DNA of 63,963 nt, the filler included, from Atractiella rhizophila (taxonomy: Eukaryota), in the NCBI GenBank assembly GCA_021432655.1. It is 4 parts of 4 records of this genome, joined end to end, with 100 filler letters (N's around TTAATTAATTAA, not from the genome) between each part and the next. Parts side by side here need not be neighbours in the genome. Positions count along the whole stretch, not along the records: positions 20,817 to 43,700 come from MU271808.1; 3 more parts are not named here. The stretch is one strand, 5' to 3'. This document shows positions 23,343-34,900 of the stretch, one piece after another. Every line of letters starts with the position of its first letter. Within the stretch, counting starts at the first letter, position 1. Below the pieces are notes generated by a model that was not told the DNA's origin, did not search any database, and saw only the letters and a program-made list of their open reading frames with translations. A program made the translations under genes and the position numbers.

Positions 23343-23510
23343 TAGGGCTTTGCACCGTCCCGTCCGTCGATTTTTGTGCCTGAGAGGTCACCCGTCCCGT
23401 CGCCCGCAACGTCACTGAACACGGGGACTGTCTGACGGTGACGGGACTGTGACGGCAAGAAAAGGGGTGCAGACGGACGGGTTTGACGGGGAACACGGGT
23501 GTTCAACAAA
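23343..23510. mobile_element. hAT-like transposon terminus with subterminal CCGTC/GACGG repeats
   Basis: Starts TAGGGCTTTGCACCGTCC; many CCGTC motifs followed by many GACGG motifs; no matching far terminus found. Confidence 0.45.
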
Positions 23511-24029
23511 ATGTTCCTTTATTCTGTCCGTATGGCTGGCGGGAGCCTTCAGCCCAACTCTAAGTTTATTTCGGGTGTTCACCACATGAACCTTGACTAA
23601 ACTGCTACCAAAGTTACAAAGCTGAGCACCAAGGAAAGCATGGTACACAGATTGCATAGGTACCAAGCAGCATACATTTTTCTGTTTTGCCATGAAGTGT
23701 AGAGGATTACGACTTAGATCTTATAAACAATCTTAATTGGGTCATATACCATTCAAATATTCACTTTGTTTTAGAATGAGGATTATGGGACGGAGCACTT
23801 TGGCATTACTTAGCATCATTTAAAGATGATCGGAAGGCTGAAAGTCCAAAGTATATTTGTAGACCCCTTCGGAGCGTTTCAGATCACCTGACGGAACAAA
23901 GACCCCTACGAATTAGCACTCGGTTATTGTTCAAGGAAATGAAAATGGAAAGTAATCATCGCAAAGCTGTATTGTAGCACCGTAAATTATCTATGCTATG
24001 TTTGTTACCTCAAGCTTGTATGCTGCTTT

Positions 24030-25460
24030 GGTCCTACGATGAAGCGCAAATCCAAAGAAGTATGACTCCTTTCTGAGCTCATTAGCCTGCTGCAAATCCA
24101 AAGTTGGGAAATCTTCCGAAATTAACCATACTGCAATTTGTGGAACGAGCAATAGTTGTAGCACCTGGTCATTAGTCCATAATGGTTTTGTTTGTTGAAA
24201 ATCAATGCTGTCAGATTGCCATTCTTGACTTAGAGTGGATTCGATAATTGATGCACCTTGAGGGGCATAGCTATGTAACGATATACTTAGGGGTATTATT
24301 CTAATGTTAAGATGAGTAGCGTACTATCCAGCTCCAAAAAGATGATCACTATTATACTGCCATTGCTTGTCCCGTAATCGTGTTTGTAGGGATCCTCCAA
24401 ATGTGTTCTGTACTTGTTTGAACATGAAAAGATTTCCAAGGTCATCCATGTTCTCCAATTTTTGCTCGACCATCAATTTGCAGCGTCTTCCAAGTGCAGC
24501 AGGTAAGAGTATGAACTAAGCAAGTTATTACAACATACCTCACAAAGTCCGCCCAGTTTACTGATGATGGCCAGCCCTTTTCCTTTCCTTTGGGGATGAT
24601 AGTCTGAAGCACATCATGAGAAAAGCAAAATTCACTGCATTTTCCCAATGAGAGATTGACATGTTTTGGATTCAACAGAGTTGGATTTGGTTGCACATCT
24701 TCATCGACCAACAGTCTTTGTAGTTTTTCCCTTAATGATTTAGGAAGTACTGAAGGCAAATATGCATCACAGAAGGGGCACAATGCTTTTCTAAGAATGT
24801 TTTGAATAAGCCAATAAATTGTATCTTAACTGAATCATGCTACCAGGGACTCACCCTTCTTTTGCAGTTGCAAGGGCAGCTGTATCCTCTTTATCCTCCT
24901 TCTGCTCGTCTTCGTGATTTCCTTCATCCTGGATGCCTGAACCAGAACCGGAAGCCTTTGGAGAAGAAAGTGAATGTTCAGGTTTGGATATAGCTTTTAA
25001 TCCCAAGAGCATGCAGGTTTGCTGGCATTGACGTAAATGTTCAAAGCTTAAGATAGCTTCTGGCGAATATTGTAAGCCCGGATGCCTGTCTGAATATGTT
25101 AGAACAATTATACGGAAAGAAAATTCTACCCATTGAGGTTATCACCACAAATCACTAACACATCTGTAATGTATGGCCAGACTCCTGTTTCAATTGTATT
25201 AGATGTCAATAGCCATTAAGATCAAGTACCCTGCAAGTGACAAATTAACATTGACCCCTTTGTAATCTCATATACGGCGTTTTGTAAACCTAGTAAGACA
25301 TCTATCCTTTTAAAATCTTTGGTCACCTTTCTGATGGCTCAATCACAATCTTGATGTTTGAACTGGCATCAATCCACTTTGTCCACTTCTCTCCCATCTT
25401 GATAACGCTCTCTAGGTTTGGTTCAAGGAGCATGTATTGAATTGCCAAGCCTTCCTTTTT
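24030..25460 (-). pseudogene. RTC4-like domain gene, probably degenerate
   Basis: LCPFCDAYLP..NP..LS..FC..H...IIPKGKEKGWP..VNW followed by YAPQGASII (GYYGxxG-equivalent); boundaries approximate. Confidence 0.55.
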
Positions 25461-26043
25461 TCCTTTCCCTCTAGCTGCCAGTGGCACCAGTCATAGGTGC
25501 CAGCAATAGGTGTGACAAGTTGTGGGAGGAGTTGTGGAAAGTTATGCTGCTGGTCTGCTCGTACTCGTAATTTACGAGAAAGTGACTGGTTGATGATCCG
25601 TCCAAACAGACTATGGGTCCAACGAAAAGCTTGAATATCGTGGAAGAAATAACCTCTTTGCTTTCGGTGACTGTCAACATACTTCCATGAAGCCGTTATC
25701 CCTTTCCCTTTTTCCCCACTCCAACAAGCTTAATCCATTTCTTAATTACAACCTCTTTCTGATCCAAACATCCATCTTCCTGCAACCAACCTGCCAAAGC
25801 TACCCGACTAGCTCCTCGCCCTACTTCACGCTGCGAGATAACCAATCGTGCTGTTGTAAAGGAAAACATAGATAGAAAGGGTGAAGGTGAGTCTTGGCGC
25901 AATAGTTCTAACGTTGATGGTTGGATTGGAATAATTCTGATCATGACGCCCCCATGAGATAACCAAGGTGGCAGGAGATCATCAGCAGCCGAAGCTGATC
26001 CCTGTTTACGCTCTTCAAATTGGAGTAAGGTCGAGAAAGCAGA

Positions 26044-26046
<3 letters not shown>

Positions 26047-26085
<39 letters not shown>
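26047..26085 (+). repeat. Poly(A) run (~39 nt)
   Basis: Seen directly in sequence. Confidence 0.95.
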
Positions 26086-26087
<2 letters not shown>

Positions 26088-27220
26088 GGAGAGATAGAAA
26101 GCTGTGAGAACCCCCTCTTCCTCCTTCCGTCTCCAATCCCATCTCTAATCTCATCCTCATTATTTCCAACCATGTTCCTATCATCGTCAAATAGATGGTC
26201 TTCATTGCGAATAGTATCCTCTGCTGCATGCTCGAATAGATGTAACCAATTGTCGGCAGAGATTAGCATGACATGACTGCACAATATTCATTCTTAAGAA
26301 CCAACTTCTTCATTTTGGCCTTGGTAATTGTCTTCGCTTCTATGGATGAAGGGAGATTGAATCCAGCTTTCTCCAGAATATATCGAAATGGCGTGGCATT
26401 GTTTGGACGATGTGACAAACGAACACCTTGAGCGCTTAAAAGGTGAACGCATGATTCGTGAAGAGGTAGAATGTGTCCGCTAGGTGGGAAATCTTCAAAT
26501 TGAGACTTTGAAGGCAAAGTTTGATAAGTTCCTCGCATGTTGTATCTGCTCGAACTGGATCGATTACAGCTCATATATCCATTGGTTCATTGGTAGAGCT
26601 GTTGATGGGTAAATCTGGATAAGGCTTGCAGCTTGCGGTGTTCTTGACGACAATACCATGGGTTGGGTTCCATGTATCGTAAAAAAGCTGCACAAAGAGA
26701 GACTCTGTAACATCTTTCCATGTTCTAGGGCGTGCTGACTGATCAAGCATGGATATCTTTTTAGCGAGTGCAACCTTCTTGCCATCGTATTGACTATAAG
26801 CCATATTGGTAACACTTGACGGATAGAGCACAGATCCTCCTGGAATAGTGGCTTCCGTTAAATTGCCAACATCTACAGGTTCCTTGTTTCTTCTTTTCCA
26901 CTCATCAAAACAAGCCTGACACCAATGTCGTATCTCCTCTGTGATCCAGCTCCGCCTTTCACTACAACCAGATCTAAGAGACGATATAAATCTTTTGGCT
27001 TCTGGCAGCTACTTTTCTGACATCGATGATATGTTTGTCCTGGAAGAACGGTAAGTTCACCAACATCTACAGGGTTCATCATTGGCCCAATCTTGACTGA
27101 TGGATTGTCACAAAAATTTGAGGCTAGATAGAGAGACTTCAAATTAAGGTGGTTGTCTCTGACAACAGCAGTTGTGGCTGAAGCTTTTGTTGTCTAGTTT
27201 TCAATTTCATCCACTTCATT

Positions 27221-29317
27221 ATGCCTCCTACGAGAGAAAGAGCATGTCCTGCTCCGCCTGCAGGTTTCGATACTACCTCAAGCTCTACTTCTCGGCCAAA
27301 GCAGAAAAATCAATATCGTGTTAAACATAAGTGTCTTAATATGTGTAAATGTTATAGTGCTCAACTCTTACATGAACATATGATTGTAGTGAGTAGTACT
27401 ATTCTAGTACCTTTGATCAAGAAATATCAGCAGAGAGGTGAAACTGAGGGAAACTCACTCATGTTTATTAATGCAGAGCTGGCAAAGATGAAGGAGAATT
27501 CTATCAGGTGAATAGTGATACTCTCAAAGTGAATGTTAGTCCTGATTGGGTTTAAGTCTATCACATTTACAGCGAGTCAAAAGGAGTGAAAATCTTCAAG
27601 GAGCTCGAGGTTCTGGACACCAAACAGACGAATCTTGGAAACTGTATGCTCTGGAGTTCGTGACCAGGTTTCCAAATATCAGGAGCGGGCTGCTCCTTTC
27701 TCATCTACGTCAACAGATGATTCTGATTCCTTGGTATGTTTTAACCATGAATAGATATAACCTAATCATTTCGGTGGCCATAGTGACACTGTGCAAGAGT
27801 TTGTAAGAGAAAATAAGTTGGAGAGTTCTATGCCCAATAAAAGAATTGGAGGCCGCAAACATTTCTGGGTTGTTGGAAAGAATGATCGCTGGACATTCGA
27901 TCAGCATGACAAGGTCGGTTAAATATCCATAGTCCTTAGGGTTAATTAAGGCTGACTAGTACCTTTATGCATAGAGCTGAATCGATTCGGTATCCATTTT
28001 CATGTTGGAATTGAGCCATATCTGGTAAGATAATGTGGCTGAGAGTTGGACGTTCCAACCATCCTCAACTTATTGCCAGCTATTACTTTGACTGTGTGCG
28101 CACTACTGATCCGAAATGCCTCTTCTTTATTTTGCAACTCCAAAATTAAAAGATATTTCAGTTATTCCTACAGGAACACAATCTGATCGAGGTACAGACA
28201 ATCATGGTATTTGCAATGCCCAGACCTTGATGTGACGAATGATGGAAAACAATGGTCTGAGGGACCCCTGATCTTATATCACAAGTTTCTCTTTGGCCAT
28301 GGAAATATCAAACCTGAGAGTTTGTGGAGCTTTCTGCGAAGATATTTCTTGAATATGTTGGAGTTCCTTCTACAATGGGCAGTGGAGAATGGTATTTATG
28401 ACCCAGAAGAGGTTCTCGATATGTATATCTCCCTCTGAATTTCTTGAAGCCTTTCCTGACTTGGGGATAGATTTCTTTTTCGTGCCTTGGTAATGCCATG
28501 GATCCAGCAAATTCTAGATGATGAACAAGCACGATACAACAATACGAAGAAGAGGTTTCAAAAACATAAGGCTTTACCACAAGGTCATGCTCCAAATACA
28601 ATATATGATCATGCTGATCGATTTGGCGGTCTTGATCTAACTGTGTGTCTCATTATAGTGTATAGTAAACTGACTTCTCCTGGGGTTATAGCTTCAAGTA
28701 CCCAGAAATATTGTCGATGCTGTTCAAGCCGAAATATGTCCTCCAGATCATCAATACTTCTACCTCTATCCTGCCTTCTTTAAAGAACGATACCATCGCA
28801 CATGCTCAAGTCTCTTCTGAAGATCTGGTCGTAACTTAGAGCACAGGATGGGATGTTTTCATCAAGCTTCAAGCTGTTTTGATGGCAACTATGTCGCCAC
28901 AAGAATTAGCTACATGGATTCCTCTAGAGAAGAATGCACAAATCTTTGACTTGATAGATGAGGCAGGTTTATGCTTTATCTTAGGCAAGGTGCTAAATAT
29001 TTCTACCACAGCCGCTAACTCTGGTTGATGGTGTCCGAACATATGTAGCTTGGATGCAAGAACTTAGACAGCAAAACAATGCCCTTCGTGAAGAGGGGAT
29101 TATCTTTCATTCTCAAGCTAACACAGCGGTGGCTTTACAGGTTGACTTCTATAAGAAAACGACAAACCCTACCGGTGACTCGAACCTCATGAATGAGAAT
29201 GAGCTATTCGATCTTCGCCGATTGTTTGGTGGTCTCCGGACTGAAGACAGCATGTATGAAGACTGGGAGAGTAGTCATGATGGAAGCGATGATGAGAGTA
29301 CCGATTTTTGGGAATAA
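27221..29317 (+). mobile_element. Degenerate IS3EU-like integrase-core (DDE) transposase gene, intron-containing
   Basis: W.FDQHDK|LNRFGIHFHVGIEPY, IMWLRV..SNHPQLIASYYFD, TQSDRGTDNHGICNA, NIKPESLWSFLRR, PWIQQILD..YNNTKKR; frameshifts present. Confidence 0.7.
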
Positions 29318-29689
29318 TGTGAACAGTAAAGATGTGTTTAAAAAAATACTTAGAGTAATAAAGCAAGCGACCTATTACCATAATTGTATGATGCCTTGCC
29401 TTTGCCTGTATGATGACTTTGTAACTTTATCATCCAGTTCAATAGTCATTTTTCTATCGGAATCCTGTTGGAGGAGCAAGCAAATAGATTAGCAAACTGT
29501 AACATTGAGCATATATTCTCTCGGTACTTGATGAGACAAGTATTACATAAGGAGAGCATTGGAATTACATCACAAGAAAGTTAGACCACAACTCTCTAAC
29601 CTTATCACCTGATAAAGCAACCTATATCTTGTCCATGTACCATGGGAACGAATCCTCAATTGCCTTTCCATCCCATCCAGGAGCTTCAA

Positions 29690-30475
29690 TTACATCAATC
29701 TTGGTCTGGAACCAATCTTGGTCTGGAACCGACGAACTTTGCATAGAAGATGTTCCACATTGGCAGGAGAAGGCTCAAACCATGTTCTGACTTTAGGAGA
29801 GAGGCCTTTTTCCGAACACAAGTATTGAACGATAAAAGTGAATAGATCGCCTAAATCCACATTAAGTCCTTCAGGCAGAAGTTGTCGCAGCATATCTCGT
29901 GAGCCTAGTGTAGTATTGTTAGGAGAAGACATTAGAGTAGCCACATCGTTAATTTCTGCTTGCTGACAGAACCCAAGATCGGCTAAATCATGACACAGAT
30001 GCAGCGGACTTAGTCCAGATCCAAAAGGCAGGATATCCAGTGAGCGTATCCAGTGTTTCATGATCTTCCAACTAGGCAAATCGGTAGAGGAATTCTGAGG
30101 TCGTTTGTCCCAGTGGACGCTCGCTGTCCAAGTCTTCTGCACCTGTTTAGGAAATCCCCTGTGCCCTCCTATCCACCGACATGTTTGACCATAAATTGAA
30201 GGATTTGAATAATTCTCCTGATAGTGACCATAGGCATCAGTTTTGACCCAGTCTTGAACCACCCTCAGTACATCATCAACTGATTCAAAGGGTTCAGGAT
30301 GGGAATCGAGAAAGTGACGTGTAAAATGACCCTGTCCAGTTCCTCGGAGGAATAGAAGGTTGAAAAAGAATAAGGGGGAAGACCTCTTCAAAACACTCAA
30401 GCGTGTATGGAATATGAGAGCCTGGGCATTCCCACTTCTCTTCGGTTGATACCAATCGGGATTAGATGCAATCAC
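29690..30475 (-). CDS. Putative aGPT-pyrophosphorylase-like / HhH-glycosylase-fold domain (C-terminal exon of a larger gene)
   Basis: ILPFGSGLSPLHLCHDLADLGFC, LGSRDMLRQL, terminal VEHLLCKVRRF motif; recognised by eye only. Confidence 0.5.
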   Translation of the reverse strand: MIASNPDWYQPKRSGNAQALIFHTRLSVLKRSSPLFFFNLLFLRGTGQGHFTRHFLDSHPEPFESVDDVLRVVQDWVKTDAYGHYQENYSNPSIYGQTCRWIGGHRGFPKQVQKTWTASVHWDKRPQNSSTDLPSWKIMKHWIRSLDILPFGSGLSPLHLCHDLADLGFCQQAEINDVATLMSSPNNTTLGSRDMLRQLLPEGLNVDLGDLFTFIVQYLCSEKGLSPKVRTWFEPSPANVEHLLCKVRRFQTKIGSRPRLM

Positions 30476-30899
30476 TTTGCCAACATTTGAAGATGGTGAA
30501 CAGTTATCTTAAGCAAGGAAAGCATGTATCAGATAATCGTTCAAGGTTCCCAAGGTGATATGATAATGGGGAGTGGATGCAGATGGTGGCAATGGGAGAA
30601 GATGAGTGTCTGGAACAGTTTTCCTTGTTCGATTCCTATTGTTATGTAGATTGTTCGCTTAGTAGATGTTTTCTGGTGTATTTTTTGGTTTAGAAGGATC
30701 AGTTGTAGCACCTTGACGGATCTGATGGGTAAATGTGGCGAGTCTGGAGATGGTGTCTAAGTTTTTATCATTGAGCTCAAGATGAGCTAACATGTTATAA
30801 TCGTTAGATAAGGGTTCTGCCTTCCTTCCAAGAACCTGATATTAGGCCTCACTTATTGTGAACAATAAAGGACATGGATGAAAACAAAATTCTTGAACA

Positions 30900-32990
30900 G
30901 CGGCCATCCAAAAGATGTCCTCTTTCTTATGGCCCAGTTCCAGAAACTGTGATCAAATGCCATCTTGGAAGCTCTCTGCTTAACCAGTCCTCAAAATCAC
31001 TAGCCTTTTTTACAGGTTGGCCAGTATCGATACGATCATGATTTCGTAGAATGGGTAGACAAACCCTTGTAATAAGGTGTGGATGAAAAGGGTGATGAAG
31101 GTTTGGCCGAAACGACTGTCTTCCACTGCTTTTGAACCTTGAGGTAAGTTTCCAATTGGTTGGAGACAAACGATCCCTACAATCTTTGAATGGCAAACTG
31201 AAGCAGAAAAGATTGAGAAAAGATCCAAAGTTGATAGGGGTAGATCTCTTGGCTGCTGAGTCTGACGGCACTTGTCAAGGTAACCAAGCATTTGACGCCC
31301 ATAGTCTAAACACTGAGAAAGTGCGGGATCTAACACCTCTGCTGTATCGTTCTCACTTCCAAGGACAGAAAAGACCCAACCGGCCATGGCAGGAGCTTGA
31401 ATCGATGTCCAGTGATGTATTCTTCGTCTGAAGGAGAGTTGGACATACTTTGCAAAGCGAAAGAGGATGTGAGCCGTAGATTCAACAGTCTGTGCTACTT
31501 CAACCTTTGTAGCCAAATCAAAGAGATGGACAGGGGACTTGAAGGTACTGATTGACTGGGACTGCTCATCAGAGAGTTCCATTGAGAGCAAGAGATTTGA
31601 GATGGCAGGAATATTATCCAATCTGATCAGTGACAGGTCCATTGACAGGAGGCCTTCCAAATCTTTCAGCTTTCCGCTCTTGAGTGATTTTCCAGCTGCA
31701 TAGTATCCTTTGACAACTTCAAGCTCCTCTTGAAGGCAATCAAGACTGAGATCCTTAGTAAAGAAATCCATATTCACGGGATTCTTGATGCGAATAGGGA
31801 CATTGGTTCGTGGTCGAGAGAGAGATGCAGCTTTTCCGTTTGCCTTTGTTGATGTTTTTACTCTTTTTCGTCCCTGATATAGCTATGTTGATATAAGCAA
31901 AATTTCCATATGTTTTAAGCTAGCAAAAGATGTTTACTTACATCTTGATCTAAATCAGCCGAGTCTTCAGCTGCTTCTCCCAAGGTGTTTGCCTTCCGCT
32001 ATGACCAGATTAGTTGATACTCTGAAGAAATTATAAAATATGGTACCTTGTTACGCTGACCTGTAAATTGATTATGAACATGCTGGAGAATATATTTAGG
32101 CTGAGAGATACAAATAAAAGTGGCAGAGACCTACTGAAGAACCTTTTACAGACATCTGGCCCTGAAAGAGCACCTCACGACAATGAGAATCAGCCATTAG
32201 GATTCGCTGGAAATCTGGGGGTAGTTGATGTTGAATTCGGGAGATATAGGTACGAGCAGCTTGTTGTTCAACGTCCGTTTGCCTAATATATGGTCAACAA
32301 TATGTAAATCCGGGTACTAAGGCTTATAATTCCTCAATACCAACCCATAAACCTGTTTTAGCCCTACGTTTTAGCTGAAACTGCATACCATAAATAGGTT
32401 ATACCTTCAGATATAAGAATCCGTCTTACCAATGACTGCCTCTTATAAAACCTCCAATCACTGAACTCCAAGCCATTCGCCTCATCCACCTCCAATTCTT
32501 CATGACCAATCCCTTCGTCACAGTGTAACAGTGAGATAACCTTTGGAGAAACCTTTCCAATTTGGCTAGGCCGAATGTTGAGGTGAAATTTATCTTCCAC
32601 CGCAAACAGTTTCTGAGCCAACTTCAGCGCTTCTTCACGTCCCACAATATCTTGTGGGTCTAACTTAAGTCTTCCAATACTCTGTCGCTCGCCATTCTCT
32701 CTAGGAAGAAAAGTAATAGCATCTGTAATTTTGTTGAAATCAAACTGGATTTGATAGATCGGATTGAAGTAATGTGTGGACTTGTGTAACTGAAGTAGGT
32801 GTTCATGAAGGATAGAGGTAACGTGGTGTGAGGGATCGCTCATGACAAGAAGACCATGTTGTGTCCAGTTCTTGTCTTTTCTTTCGTTTGGAGGGGCCTC
32901 CCGTGAGAGCTGTATTGCAGGAACAAGGTCTCTGGAGGCCAGGCCTATGGGCAAAATGTAAGCACGTTGTGGATCACACTGATGACAATA
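30900..32990 (-). CDS. Hypothetical exons (255-aa ORFs at 31010-31777 and 32364-33131), probably upstream part of the 29690-30475 gene
   Basis: Same strand, long ORFs separated by intron-like AT-rich gaps; no family recognised. Confidence 0.35.
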
Positions 32991-33457
32991 TGTGCTGTGC
33001 AGGTAAGTTTTGTTTATCACAGGTTGAAGAAGAAATCTGAAGCTGTCACAGAGAGATTGTTGGGCTCTCAACCTGATTTTCTTGAACAGAAACCTCAATT
33101 GCAGGAGTTGCTTGAGCATAAAGGACATCATGCCATCTTCCTACCAAAATTTCACTGTGAAATCAATTGTATTGAGTTTGTATGGGGCCATGCAAAGCGA
33201 TATACACGTGGTAAGCACATTGGGCTCCTTGTGGTTGATTAATGCTGAAGCTGTTTCCAGTAAACTGTGATTACATTTTCGAAGGATTACGTCGTACAGT
33301 TCCAGAAGCCCTGAAGTCTATCAAACTCTCCACAATCAGAAAGTTTGAGCATTGCTCTCATTGCTGGATCAGAGCTTACAAGGTGGGGAAGAATGCTATT
33401 GATGCTGGATACCAGGTAAAGGAGTATGCCTCACATCGAAGAATTCCGGAGGCGTGA
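32990..33457 (+). mobile_element. C-terminal fragment of fungal Tc1/IS630-like DDE transposase
   Basis: QPDFLEQK..LQE..GHHAIFLPKFHCEINCIEFVWGHAKRYTR|NCDY.F..L...VPEAL..KEYASHRRIP. Confidence 0.8.
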
Positions 33458-34036
33458 GCTTCGACTGGGGTTATTTCTTCCATTTGAATCATACTGCCTT
33501 CTTGTTCTTTGCCAAATTAATAATGCATATGTACATATATTTGTGCTTCTAAGAATATCAAACTCTTGCAGGTCTGCACTCAGCTTGCCAAGCAAGAAGG
33601 AGAAATATTTCACTCAAAAAAATTGGAACATGTGAGTCACAATGAGTCATGGTTGGACACTTTCGTTGGGGCTAGGCGCTTCGCACCATAGGACAAGTTG
33701 CGTCCCTCAGGCTCTCCAACCCACTCGCAAGGGGCATGGCCCCTCGAACCCCACAGCGATCATGCAAGAGTTCGAGTCCAGTATGTAATATATTTTTAAA
33801 CCCATTCAGAATAAAATTCCTTGCAACTTCTGAAAGGGGCAAGCGTATGGGTTACGATGTATAATTCATTTCATTTATTGTGCATGGTGTGGGAAGTACG
33901 AGGGCTCAAAAGTGCATCTTATGACTCACGCCAAGAAACCCAACACTCTTAGAAGAATAGATAATACATAACTTGAAACCTTTCCTGTTTTCCTTTTTCG
34001 GAATACAACTTATTTTGATTCTGTATTAGCTGTAGT

Positions 34037-34082
34037 AATAACAATGCTATTTCAATGATTGCACTGAAATAGCATTGTTATT
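34037..34082. repeat. Perfect 18-bp inverted repeat with 10-nt loop
   Basis: AATAACAATGCTATTTCA ... TGAAATAGCATTGTTATT. Confidence 0.9.
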
Positions 34083-34679
34083 TATTCTATCCATGTTAAA
34101 GTGACAGAGGCCATGGCATTCTGTTCAATACACATATAAGATTCTTTTTCTTCAGTGGACACATGGCCTGCAAAACACTGGAGTCAAGCCATATCCAAGC
34201 AAACAGAATTATAACGTACAGTTATACGCTGAATTCGGATGCTCCCACAATTGTTCCCCTTGGCCAAGAAGTTCCCTGAACTAGAAAGTCCCCTGCATCT
34301 TCCTTTGACATACAGCAATGCTGGTTAGTCTGCATCTTAGGAGACGGATCACTTGCACATGTCAGTTTGTCCTGCAGCCAACATCACACAAACCAGAACC
34401 CCTTCCCTACACTCTTCGGAGCCGCACCCCATTTACCATACAAGCCTCCATGCTGCCAATCAGGTCAGTTGGAAGGAAAGACAGCCTGAGAGAGATGAAC
34501 GAGGAATGCATATCGGCCTTGCAATTCCTTCGAGGCAGATATATCTAGAAATAGCCTTTTACAATTTCGACAGTCAGGTCAACAATGTTTTTCAACCCCC
34601 CAACTGCATTGGGATCTATAGATTTAACAAGATTGTTCCTCTCAGATATGTATATGCAATAAATTGAATAGAAATACTT

Positions 34680-34900
34680 ACCTGTTGTATTGTGACGTGT
34701 AAAAGCTTTTGTAGCTCTTCAGGTGGAGGCGAAGGAACAGGTAGCAGCACCTTGCCGTGGAGACAGCACAATTCAAACATTAGATTTCATTGTGGGCTGT
34801 TAATGATCTTCTCTTCCATCCAATGAAAGGCTTTCCAATGTGTACAAAGTAATCCCCAAGTAGAGAGGTGGTGTGCCTCAAGATCCATATCAGGTGAGTA
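34680..34900 (-). pseudogene. Helitron Rep/helicase N-terminal fragment
   Basis: CTHWKAFHWMEEK..*..FELCCLHGKVLLP..PPEELQKLL; internal stop. Confidence 0.7.

Noticed and set aside
25696..26284. Poly-Phe ORFs
   Set aside because: Translation of the poly(A) run; not credible proteins
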